A stretch of 64,000 bases of DNA from Podarcis liolepis (lineage: Eukaryota). The notes beneath the pieces were generated by a model. It worked only from the letters and a program-made list of their open reading frames with translations. It did not search any database and was not told where the DNA came from. This document shows, piece after piece, positions 41,426-53,160 of this stretch; within the stretch, counting starts at the first letter, position 1, and every line of letters begins with the position of its first letter. Position numbers and translations under genes: made by a program. The stretch lies in the NCBI GenBank assembly GCA_965112155.1, contig OZ218114.1. One strand, written 5' to 3'.

Positions 41426-44400
41426 TCGGTTAAAGGGTTGTAAAGCTAAAAACTGCTACATATATGCTTATTGCTTATTGGTAGTAGGAGAAAAGTATCC
41501 AAAGACTTGATGCAGCTCAGGTTGCAGGGGAAAGTATCAGGATTGCATGCTCACAGAGCAAGTCTATAGCTGTGAGAACATGTTGCCCTCCATAGCTGCT
41601 CAACATGGACAATTCTTGGGGCATGCAGACAAGGGTCCCCTTGACACCTTTTTCATGCCAAGGTTTCTCTCTAGTGAATGTTGGCTCTTTGCTTGTCTTA
41701 GCCATTGCCCTGTCTGCACCCCAGCTTTGCCTGCAGGTTGAATGTGGTAAATGGTGCATGAATTTTGTGCAACCCAGGTGCATGCGTCAGGGCCTCTGGC
41801 AGTCAGATTTCTTCTCAGAAGATTGACGAGGCTTCTGCTTATGTCGGTGCTGTTGTCGCCACTGCATGTGGGGAAAGTGATTTGCATGGCAGCAGTGGTT
41901 GTGATCATTCTCAGCTAATCTAGTCAGTGTCAATGCCACTCCGAAAACCCTCGCTAGGATTTCAGTGTGAACAAAATTAAATGAAGAAACAGGCGAGAAA
42001 TTACAGCAGCACACTGTATATCCCATTGGTTTAAGATGTCATCTCTGTTTTTCAACATTGCACTAGAATTCTGTTGTAATGCATTTTGCTCATGGGAACT
42101 CACAAAATAATGAAGGGATGGTTTGACAGGTAAATGGTTAAAACTTGGCTATAAAGTGTCAAATCCATCAATGTGGGTGTAAAAGTATATAAAAAGCTGA
42201 ATAAAATATGTGTTATCAAGAACAGGTTCTAAATGAAGGGAAGGCTGAGTGTAGATTTGGCAAAAGTGATAGATTGCAACTCCTGACACTTTCACATAAT
42301 ACACCAGTGACCCAAGTAGAATTGTGGCCTGACGTTAGCCTTGCTCTGATTTTTCATGCCCATTTTCTCTTTAAAACTCTTCTTGCAAGAGTATATATTG
42401 ATTTAATTTGGGAAATGGTGACCACTGTCAACACTAACTTATCTGACTCTGTAGCTGCAGTTGGACAATCAAATCCCAGTTTAAGAAGCCAAGATATGCA
42501 CGAAATCTGTGCACCCACGCACAGCCCCTTTATGAACATCATTCAGATGGCAGTATATATTCAGGAGCCTTTTTTTGGAGCTGAGCACATAGCTCTGAGA
42601 AGATCCAGAAAAGACTTTTTGAGTATGTCTTCTGTTCAGACAAGATCCTTCCACTGGGTAAAGGTCATACTGCTATTACTTTAGACATATACAAATCTTG
42701 CACTGTAGTTGCCAGTTAGTAGTAACACCGTTTCTAATTACAAGTTTAACTGCTTAGTCACAGCAAATTGCACCTGTCATTTCCAAAAGTATAAGATTTT
42801 AGGTACTTCAAAGTGCCAAATCTTCCCCTCCTCTTTTTGTGAAAATCCAGACAGAAAGGTTGTTGAGCTTTTTGTGTGTGCAAAATATCAAAAAAGAGAG
42901 AAGCTTTTAAGTTATTTCTAAGGAAAATTGCCAAAACCAATACTGCCTACATGGGTTGCCATACATTCGGATTTCCCCGGACATTTCAGTGATTTCTACC
43001 CAGAAACTGTTTCCAATGGCCAATTCCCAGTGATGTCTGGGAAATTCTGGATGTATGACAGCCCTATGCTTGATACTTACCTAGAGGCCATTTTACATGC
43101 TGCAGAATTTGTGTACACAAAGAAGTACTGTGGTTTACCTGTATGATAGGTGGATACACATGTAGCATATCACATGCCAAAGCTGGGGCCTATCACTGCT
43201 ACCTACAAGCAGATATGCTCAGTAAACTAATGGAATTCATATTCCTCACACAGTGTGTGTTACACTGTGGAAACATATAGTTCATCCATTAATCTCAGTG
43301 GTCCCCAATTCCATTCCTGCCTCCAATTTAATAGCTTGTGCTAAGAGTTAAATTCAAAAGACTATTGTAAAAAAAAGGCAGGCAGCAGGCAATTGCTTTT
43401 AGCACTGAACGTGATATGATTAGAGGCATAGATCTTCATGATACATCTGGTCAAACAGATTTTGCAGACTACAGAAGCAGTGCAAAAACCTGTATGCCTG
43501 AAAACAGGACTGGTAGTGGGATGAGTGTATGTACCATGGACAACAATGCCTCCTTCAAACTGCCTTTCATTCTCTGAAAAGAACTACTTTCTGTCTACAA
43601 ACAATAGAAGTTTCTGACACAAAGCTATTTGCCGTGCACATCTGCATGGACTACTGGTTTGAGCATCCCCAATCTACAAATACATGTGACTACCAGAGCA
43701 GAGAGAGAGAGTTGTGCCACTCTGGTTGCATTATGCACTTTGGCCATGAGGACAAGTCTGCCCGGCTTATGCTGCCTTCTGTCAGTTGCAATCCATTGCA
43801 ATCCACTGCCAAATACTAGGCATAACACAGTGGCTAGAATGCCTTTTAGGAAGTCAGAGAGGTAAATGGTTCCTGATCCTTTCCTTTCCCCTTTCTCATC
43901 CAGTGCAAGATCCCTTTGCAATAGCCCTCTACCACATCTAGCCATGATGGATATTGCTAGTGCCTATCCATGCTATGATTTTGGCACAGTCCCCAGTACA
44001 ACAGTGTGACACTGCTCTGCCATAGTAATTGCTTACACTCCCTTCTAAATATTAATTTGCTGGTGCAGCTGCTAATAGCATCAGGGGATTGAAGTAAGAG
44101 TTTCCCTATTTCAGATAGGACAAAGAAGGCTTCCTTTCAGATTTTCCAAGTATGCTGCGAGGTTGCAACTTCATAGTTTTGATTCTCATTGGTTGAACAA
44201 AAAGCTTAATAGGCAGGTCGTGTGTGTGTGTAGGTGCAAAACTATTCATAGCTCTTCACTCCAGAAAAGCTATAAAAAGATTGAGGAACAAAGCTTTGTT
44301 GTGCTCTGAATCACTAGGCATTAATAAACCACAAATTACATTTTAATTATAGACTCTCAGATATTGAAAGCATCGCTGAAGGCAGTCAACATTTTCTACA

Positions 44401-45081
44401 TCCATTGATAAATTATGAAATGTTAAGTCTACTAATAATCAGCCTTAACTGCCTATTAATATGAGACACACAATTCACAACTTTGCTTGCACTGAAACCC
44501 ATAATTTAGAACCAGGATGGCTAACCTGTGGCCTTCTTGATGTTGGACTCCCAAGCTCCCATCCACTCCAGCCAGCATGGCCAGCAGTCAGTGAGGATGG
44601 GAGCTGTAGTGCAACAGTATCTGGGGAGACAGCATTAGCTGCTCCTGATCAAAAACATACCAAGTGCTGGAAAAAAACACCATATCTCTCATGGAGACTC
44701 CATTTGAGCAGCTCAAAGGTAATGGCATCTATTACAACAAGATCTATGTGAACATTGCATAACAGCTAATAGGCTCCCAATTCTGTGTCAACAATGCTCT
44801 CTGTAAAGGAAGGACATCTTCCATGTGTGCTTAATTTACATTATTCTAGTTTCAAAAGTTGCTTTGGCTTGGGACTTTAACTTTGATGTGAGAATTGGCA
44901 CGTGAAGTTAGTAGTATAGTAGAACTGAGGAGGTGAGTTAAAGGGATGGGTAGTGGCATTTGGCGGTTGTAGCTGTTTCACATTCTGTGGCTTTTGTCGG
45001 GATTCTGTCATAGAATTCTATGGCATCGCCACATTCATGGGACTTCATTTTTACTAGAGCTGCATTTTTCCAAACTAATTA

Positions 45082-45307
45082 CAGTGGTACCTCGGGTTAC
45101 AGACGCTTCAGGTTGCAGACTCCGCTAACCTAGAAATAGTACCTCAGGTTAAGAACTTTGCTTCAGGATGAGAACAGAAATCACGCAGCAGTGGCGCAGC
45201 AGCGGCGGCAGGCCCCATTAGCTAAAGTGGTGCTTCAGGTTAAGAACAGTTTCAGGTTAAGAACGGACCTCCAGAACGAATTAAGTTCTTAACCTAAGAT
45301 ACCACTG
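45082..45307. mobile_element. Tc1/mariner(pogo)-type MITE, related family
   Basis: TIRs cagtggtacctcgggtta / taacctaagataccactg, TA TSD, internal caggttaagaac repeats. Confidence 0.85.
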
Positions 45308-47933
45308 TATTACTATAATATAAGCCGTTCTTTAGTCCAAAGGGCTGCAGAGAGGCTTGCACATTTTAATACAGCAAACGTAGTTGTGGGAAATTGCTAA
45401 AGAGTAGAACTAGTCCGTAGAATCTGGTGTCAGTAAATGGTCATAAAATTCTCTTTGAGGCCATCGAGGAAGCTAGGCAACGCTAAATTTATAGCTGCAC
45501 TTTTCATTGTGACCCACATATGGCATGTTGAGTTCACCAAGATAGACTGAAAACTTCATGCGCTGTGTGGGTCCCAAATAAACATGGATGAAAGACAGAA
45601 GAAAAGTCTTTGTGATGTGAAGAGTTTGGGATTAGATGGGAGACATGAATAGGGACTGTATGTTTTAAGGAAAAAAACAAGAGACAGTCATGGGGTCACC
45701 AAGTCGCTTGTGAAGGAAAAAAATGATGTAACGTATTGTCGAGTCCCTTTTCTGACTGTAGTGGTTCCATGGGCTACCATCCTTCCATTAGTGTGGTGAC
45801 TGTATGGATCATTTCCTTCCTGTGTGTGTGTGAGCAAAGTCCTCTGTAGTGCTGCTTTTATGGTGCTGGTGCTGCTGCTTCACTTCCCCTTGATGTCAGA
45901 TGGGGTCTCTGCCCCAGAGGCCTTGCTTTCTGTCTCAACACTTCTTTATTTTTTCCTCCTCCTCCTTCTCTCTTTCTCTCCATCCCTCCTCCAATCCTTC
46001 TTCTCACCTGCCTGTCTCTCTCGCCTTTCCTCTTCTGTAAATTTCTGTAAGGTAAGCAAACTTTTTGTTGGGTTCTGCCCTTTAATAATGCCTACCTGTG
46101 GTGATGATTGGATTTGATGTGGGAGACAGGAGTTTTCATGAGGGATAGGGTCCAGAAACAGAGGAAGTCATCTTGTTCTGTAGGTGCTGGTGCTGGTATC
46201 GATGTCTCTCCTCCACAGAGCCAGCATATTGTGCTATCTGATTTCTTCTAGACACAGCATTATCTATACCTCAACTGCTCTAATACTCCCTGGAGGCCTC
46301 TTGAAGCTTTGTTGGTTCCCTGCAATTCCATTAGCCAGATCCAAGTAAAGGCACCCATATTTCTGTTCATTTCAATCCTAACCCACCCTTATCACACCTG
46401 CTGCAGTAACCTCCCTTGACCCTCTCCCAACCTTGCCATTACATTTCAGACCCCCACCCCACAACAGCTTCTCTGCCATAACACTCTTGGGTCTCTCCTC
46501 AGCCAAAAAACAACAGAAAGCAACAAAAAAGACCGTTCTGGACTAATGCAATTATAGAGGAATCTCTATTATATGAATGAATCTTTTGTCCTCATACACC
46601 ATCCTAGCCATGCAAAGGCTCTAAACTATTCACATATGTCCAGCATTCCATAATCTGTTGGGATAAATGAGGCTGTATTGTGATGTTGCTTCTTTTAAGG
46701 GGGGAAAATGGAAATTGCAATCTACAGAGTATCAGAGGGAAAAGATTAACATTTGATTGATTAGCCTTCGCCAGCCTGGTCCCTTCTCAATCTTTTGGCC
46801 TACAACTAGCATCAGCCTCAGCCAGCATGGCTGGAAGGCACCAAATGGGCAAAAGCTGGATTAAGCGCAAAAGGTTCACAACAGGTGTGATCAGGGAAAG
46901 AGGATGAGAGTAAGTACAGAGAGGCTTTCTCACATACCTACAAAATGGTGGGAGTGTAGCATCGCGACATATTTAAGTGGCTGAATTAACACTTTGCTGG
47001 GATGGCATTAGGGAATATTAAAATTTCAGGCAGCAAAGTTATTGAAGTAGCATGCTTGTTAGAACATGGGGTCCCATAGACAGCTTGTTGAAGACAAAGT
47101 TGTATTGCAGCTCATTAAAAAATATATATCTTAGGAACCCTTAGAGTAAAAGGACAAAGAGTTGCGGGTAACCATTCCTAAATTTGCCTAGCACCTGTCA
47201 AGGAAATCTGGAACTCATATACTGGCTGGAGAATGAGCTGCATCAGGTGGTGTTAAGGGAATCTAATGTTCCCATTGCAAAGTGCATAAATTTCAGTGGG
47301 AGTGAAACCAGTATATATTTAGCTAAGATGGACAGTGCATGCAAGGGAAATCTGATAATATCATTAGATTGATTAGAAAGATATGAATCACCAAAGAATG
47401 AATAAAGAAGAGTCCGGATGTTATCCAAGTGATGGATTGAGAGGATGTTTTGAGAGCTGAACCACAGAAGGCTGCTGTCCCACTTCATTTAGAATGCCAC
47501 TTTGTTCAGCTGAACACTGTCCCACAGAGACTCCCTGCTTGTGATTCTGCAGAGTTTGGACAAACCAATATGTGTCCAAGCCAATGGCCGTTTGAGAAAC
47601 AACAACAATGACTGTGGTATTATCAAGTGAAATGTCCACTTCACAGAAGTATTGCAGCCCCCCTGCTGACCTCCCTTCTTTTGGGAAACTGCCTGTTCAA
47701 GGCACTTTGTCCTCCATACCTCTACGTTTGGCTAAGGCATAGGTTGGGCCTTTGCCCACACTCATAGAGCTTGGGATTTACCCATTGTTCTCAAGCCTCC
47801 TTTTAGCATTTGATGAGGAAACAGCATCAATGCGGCTTGTGTAATTCTTTTTTGGCTATTCAGGCAGCCCAGAATATGTCTCAGGACACTGGGGGAGTTG
47901 CCACTAAAATATCTTCTTTTCCTCCCTATGCAG

Positions 47934-47974
47934 CAGCTAAGAGTTTACTGAACAAGAAAGCTGACGGCGTGAAG
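47934..47974 (+). CDS. CAMK2B: CAMK2B linker exon 14 (41 or 38 nt): (A)AKSLLNKKADGVK
   Basis: Tandem CAGCAG acceptor (start 47934 or 47937), aag|gtaagt donor, phase 1/0. Confidence 0.96.
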
Positions 47975-48402
47975 GTAAGTATCCTTCTGAGGCTTTTCTG
48001 GGGGAAGAGTTGGGGAAAGTTCGGAATTATGCCATATTATGAGAGATCACTTATATTTACACACCCTTCTTGTGTATCCATATCCATAGCCTAGAACTGA
48101 TTGTGAAAATTCAGTTCATGGAGTAGTCATACTTTGCCGGTTTGAAGAACTATTCGGTTTTGTAGACAATCTGCCATCACTACAACTTTTTGCCACTTTG
48201 CAAAGAAGGCCTTTTTTGGTCTTCTTTCTCTACCAGAACATAATTTGTACATAATTGCCATGTAGAATGTGGGGTTATCTATTCCTTCTCTTGTGGGGGT
48301 TTGGGTGGTGCAAAGGTTTGCATGGCAAATGCGTTTGTTCAGCTTCCGTTTCCGAGGCTTCTCTCTCTCTTTTTTTGGTATATGTGTGTTTCTTTTCTGC
48401 AG

Positions 48403-48474
48403 CCGCAAACAAACAGCACTAAAGGCAGCACCGGAGTTACCAGCCCGAAAGGGACCCTTCCTCCAGCCGCGCTG
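48403..48474 (+). CDS. CAMK2B: CAMK2B linker exon 16 (72 nt): PQTNSTKGSTGVTSPKGTLPPAAL
   Basis: ctgcag| acceptor, ctg|gtatga donor, phase 0/0. Confidence 0.95.
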
Positions 48475-50053
48475 GTATGATTCTTTTGTACTTTTAATTC
48501 AATCCTTCTGGCAAAAGATCGTGGGAACACTGTGGTTTGCTTGTTGTTTGGCTAATGTAGGTTTTACTTAGGGATTGCAATAGAGATGTATTTTTTGAAT
48601 GACATTCATTCTGCATCTACCGGCTCCGACGTGTGGTGCCATGTATTGCTGTCTGCTGTTTTTGCAACACAGATGTGTGTATATGTGTGTGTTTTAGTGG
48701 GGGCATCTGCTGTGTTCTTCATGGTCTTGCCCTAGATCCTTTGCATAGACTTTTAACTCATTATTCAGCTGGGCCCATGATACTGGAATATTCTCCCACC
48801 AATTTAGAACCCAATTTAACATCCATCATTTCTAAATTCAACCTGTTTCCTGGCAGCAGTCTTCTGCCAAAAGGTTCTATGGTTGTTGCAGTTTCCTAGG
48901 TTCTCATAACACAGTAGTACACTGCAATGAGATAAGCAAATTTTAGCTGTTGATTCAGAGCCTGATTACCAGGGCAAAGAGTATTATCATTTCTGGGCAG
49001 AAGCAATAAGAAAGAGTGTATTGTAGGTCTTCCACACCTCACCAGCCACCTGAAGTATTCATAGGCCTCATTTGCCACACCAGTCTGTCCCATTTATGTT
49101 TTTCTCTCTGAAATTCCCCTGGGGCCCAAGCAGCCATATCAGTCCCTGGACTGCCGCCTGTGGATGTAAACCCCAAAGTGCAAAAAACAGACCCCAACTT
49201 TTCTTAGGACTGTGTTGAGAAATGTCAAGGATCCACTGGTTGTAGAATCATGTTGGATGGTGGGAGCCAAGTATTGGTACCGATATGGAATGTCACACTG
49301 CTGGATTGCTATACCAAAAGTTGTTCCTGAAATAAGAGATGAGGTCAGAAGGTTCATTATGGAACCCAATGAAGAAACAAGCATTTTTCTCCTTAAAAAA
49401 GGCAAGTCGCAATAATAAAAAAACATTATGCACTGCCCTAAGTTAGAGTGCTCAGGCAAATTGTAGCAGAATGAATTTTACAAGTAAAATTAGGAAATCT
49501 AAAGATGATTAACAAAATGCCAGCAATGTTGACTTGAGTTTGTTAGGAAACCTATAAAACCAACTGCATAATTATTTCTGAGTATATAAAGATGCTCCAG
49601 TTGGTCCAAGAAATCATTATTTATTGGGCCAAGGACAAGTGTTGTGCTTCTGTACTTCCTTTTCCTTCCTCCTTTTTTTCATCTGCCACGACAGAAAATT
49701 TCCAGGGTTTGTTGAACCATAGTTTCCCATTATATCTGAACCAGGAAACTGTAATTTAATTTCTGACTACAAACAAGGATATCAAACCATAAAATCTGCT
49801 CTTGGTTTGAGGTTCTTGTTTGTAGACTGATCAAACCACATCTCCCTGATCATATCTAACAGGAATCTGTGGCTTAACAAACCTCAGAAACTTTCAATAA
49901 CCCCATACAAGAGAATAGAAGAGTAAATGGGAGTCTGAAACATGCAGGCACAATGCTTGTTCTTGATCCACTATTGTTACATCTGAATTGGGCCAGTGCC
50001 TGAAAATAATGCAGACCTGAGTGGCTAGAATACAGTACTTCGGGGCCTCTTAA

Positions 50054-50174
50054 AAACTATTGTGGCTCTGAATATGTTTGATATTTAAACAGTCGAGAGT
50101 CAGATTTGGGCATCATAAACTATTGTGGCTCTGAATATGTTTGATATTTAAACAGTCGAGAGTCAGATTTGGGC
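50054..50174. repeat. Perfect 58-bp direct duplication with 5-bp spacer
   Basis: aaactattgtggctctgaatatgtttgatatttaaacagtcgagagtcagatttgggc at 50054-50111 and 50117-50174. Confidence 0.95.
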
Positions 50175-50915
50175 TAGAAGACCTTTCTAGCATGGATGGC
50201 ACTGAGATGTCAAATTCTGTGTGGCCTGAACTCTATGACTGAAGCAGCCCCCCCATATAGTGGGGTGATTTTAACCACATCCAGAAGTGAATGCTTCCAC
50301 TAAGACGGTTAAAATTACCCTCTACATGTATGAACTGTTTTGCATACATGGCTTCCCATGCTGTTATGGCCCCATGTGATTCTGTATCTCAGGGGCACCC
50401 ACATCATAAAGGTGATGTGAGAATTGACTCACATAACACTTTCTGTTTTTAATCTAGACATTAAAAGTAAAAAAAATCAAACTTTTTTCTGGTTTCATCC
50501 AATTATAAGATCTTTCAAAAGGCAGGTAGGATTTTAATGCCATATTATTGATCATGCAATTTATATGTGGGGCTAGCATTTTCCCACTCTCCTAAATCTG
50601 TGGGAGCTAACTACCCTGAAGTAATCCATCCTTAGAATATGTATGTCTAGTCTGTTGTTTAAACGCTTGTATTCCGTAGTATAATTCAGAGACACATTCA
50701 TCAGTGCTGGTAGAACCATGTTTTTCTCAGCATTTTAACTAACCCTTCCTTCCCTTGTAACCTCTGTTTCCTTAATCTGCTGAATCAATCTAGGGTAGGT
50801 TTCTCATGCTCTAGCCTAATTATCAGACTCCCAAATAGTATATATAGACTGAAAATTATCCATGTCACAGACCTTGGCCTGTGGCCTCTTCTATGCATTG
50901 ATTCCTGATCACTTA

Positions 50916-50968
50916 ATCATAGAATCATAGAGTTGGAAGAGACCACAAAGGCCATCGAGTCCAACCCA
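50916..50968 (-). mobile_element. CR1 extreme 3' tail
   Basis: aatcatagaatcatagagttggaag = (ATTCTATG)n CR1 terminal repeat on the minus strand. Confidence 0.7.
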
Positions 50969-52640
50969 ACTTGTCCAAAGCTGATTAAGGGGTAGCAGAA
51001 CTGCTGAAGAAATTCCTGCAATGCCCATCTCTTTGTCTGTCAGACAAACACTGAATAAGACAGCACAAACTTTTTTTAAGGTTAAAGATTGCTAGAAGCA
51101 GGAGCGGAGGAGTTCCCCAGAGAGTATCTATTTATAAGAGATCTACTTTAGTCAGAGGTGCTGAGCTAGAATTGTGCATCAACTGTCGGGGACAGGCATG
51201 GTGCCAGCAAAACAATTACCGAATGTGCTTTAAAAAGGACATAGAATTAGAATTTTTGTTCTGACAGAATAGTTTTAGCAATTAACCTCAGCTTCGTGTC
51301 CTTTTTGTCACACAGAGACCCAACAGAGGGGAAAGCAATTATCCACTCTTGCAGTTCTGCATGTTGGTTGTGTGCATATAAAAGACACAAGGATTTAGAG
51401 AAGGAAACGAGGGCATTCATTCCACCTTCTAGTCCCGTCCCGTCCTTTCTTGTGTATTGTGTTGTCACACACACACATAAAAGTAGAGGCAGAACATTTC
51501 AACTTGCCATCAATCTGTTTCAGCATCTTGTTAGTATAAGTGCTGCCCAATTGGTTCTGCATAAGTAATCCTGTATAGGGAGTAACAGATTGGGCTGTTA
51601 GTCTTTCTGACCTTAACAAATCCTTTCCAAGGGTGGCTTCACATGATCCATTTTTCCAGTATGAGCAGGCATTTTCAGTCAAATAAGCACAGAAATGTGA
51701 GTCTTGCCAATCACATGCTGGGATTATGTTCTCCTTAAAATATGCTTTGGCTTAAATTCAACCTAATCTGGGTCACTTTAATGTCACACTGAAAATAACA
51801 AATTATTTATTATTCGGTAGCTTCATACTGCTTGACGTTTCTTCAAACAAGTTTTGAATGGTTTGGTCTTAGAATTAACTTGGGTGGCTCTTATGCAGTT
51901 CCCAAAACCTGGAAGGACTTGTTTGTGTTGGCTTCCACAAATCTATTGTGTCTGTTACATTTGTCTAGTACCAGGATGGAGAATGTGTGATCTCCAAATG
52001 TTGTTGGAACTTCAACTCCCATCATCCATTGACCACATTGGCTGGGGCTGATGGGAGTTGAGAGTCCAGAATTTGGAAGACTACACGTTCCTCACCACTG
52101 AGCTATATGTATGGAAAGCTTATTTCTTTTCTATGTGCATATTTGAAATTCTGATAAATCCTCATCGAGTACACTCATCAGAATACTTTTGTTTGTATGG
52201 GATCCAACCACTCATTTGAAATTCAGGCATCCTTAATTTTACCATACAACCTTCTTCAACCAGCTTGATGACCATTCACAAGGTTATCACAGGTTACCCA
52301 TCCCATACATTGCCAATGATTGATTAGTTAAATGATTTATTGTGGCTGTGAAATATTTCTGAAGTGTAGGTGTTTGTCATTATTGCAATAGCCTATTGTG
52401 TTCTCGTGGGCATTCCAGACTACTGGTAAGTTGCATGGTTATTTTTCTATCATCTTATACAAATTAAAAGAAAATACTATGAACTGAGTGCTATCAATAA
52501 TACATACAGGAACCATTCAGAACTTTCCAGTTTTTCCACAAGCACTGACAAATGAATGGGGCATTGTCATGTAAAGGAATTAGAATTGTAGAAAAAGTTT
52601 CTAAATTCTCAGAGGTGATTTGGAGAAGCTTAAAGCTTAT

Positions 52641-52773
52641 TGGGTTGGATCCAGAGTAAGTTACTTGAACTAAGGACCAGCCAAAATCAGTGGAACTAGT
52701 TAGTCATGACTTTGTTAAGTTCCATTGTCTTCAGTCAAACCAAGTTTAGCTAACTTAGCCTGGATCCAACCCA
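52641..52773. mobile_element. Small foldback element/MITE
   Basis: 14-bp terminal inverted repeat tgggttggatccag/ctggatccaaccca with imperfect internal symmetry. Confidence 0.65.
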
Positions 52774-52976
52774 TTAGATTACATTTTCTTTTGGTCTTCT
52801 ACTGTATACTGGAGGGCATTGCATATCAAACTTGAATTGACTGATGTCCAAGTTATTTTATGTGTCACACAAGATGGATGCTGATGGGTCTCGCCATCAT
52901 CTGTAGATCACCATCTGATGAACCTCTTGGCAGCAGCTTATGCTGTAACTTCAAAGACAGAAAGGACAGAGTGGAT

Positions 52977-53160
52977 CATAGGAGGCTGACATACTGAGTC
53001 AGACCATTGGACCATCTAGCTCAGTGTTATCTACGCTGATTGGCATTGACCCTCCAGGATTTCAGAGACGGGTTGCTGCCAGCTCAACCTGGAGATGCTG
53101 GGCACTGAACACAGGACCTTCTGCATGCAAAGCAGACGCTCTGTCACTGAGCTATGGCCC
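52977..53160 (-). mobile_element. tRNA(Ala)-like-headed SINE
   Basis: Reverse complement of the 32684-32866 family (catagga...ctgcatgcaaagc...ctgagctatggccc). Confidence 0.8.

Noticed and set aside
47975-48402. NLS exon (KRKSSSSV-type, family exon 15)
   Set aside because: Looked between exons 14 and 16 and found no such coding sequence. The acceptor-like ctaccag at about 48236 leads to an in-frame stop with no convincing donor.
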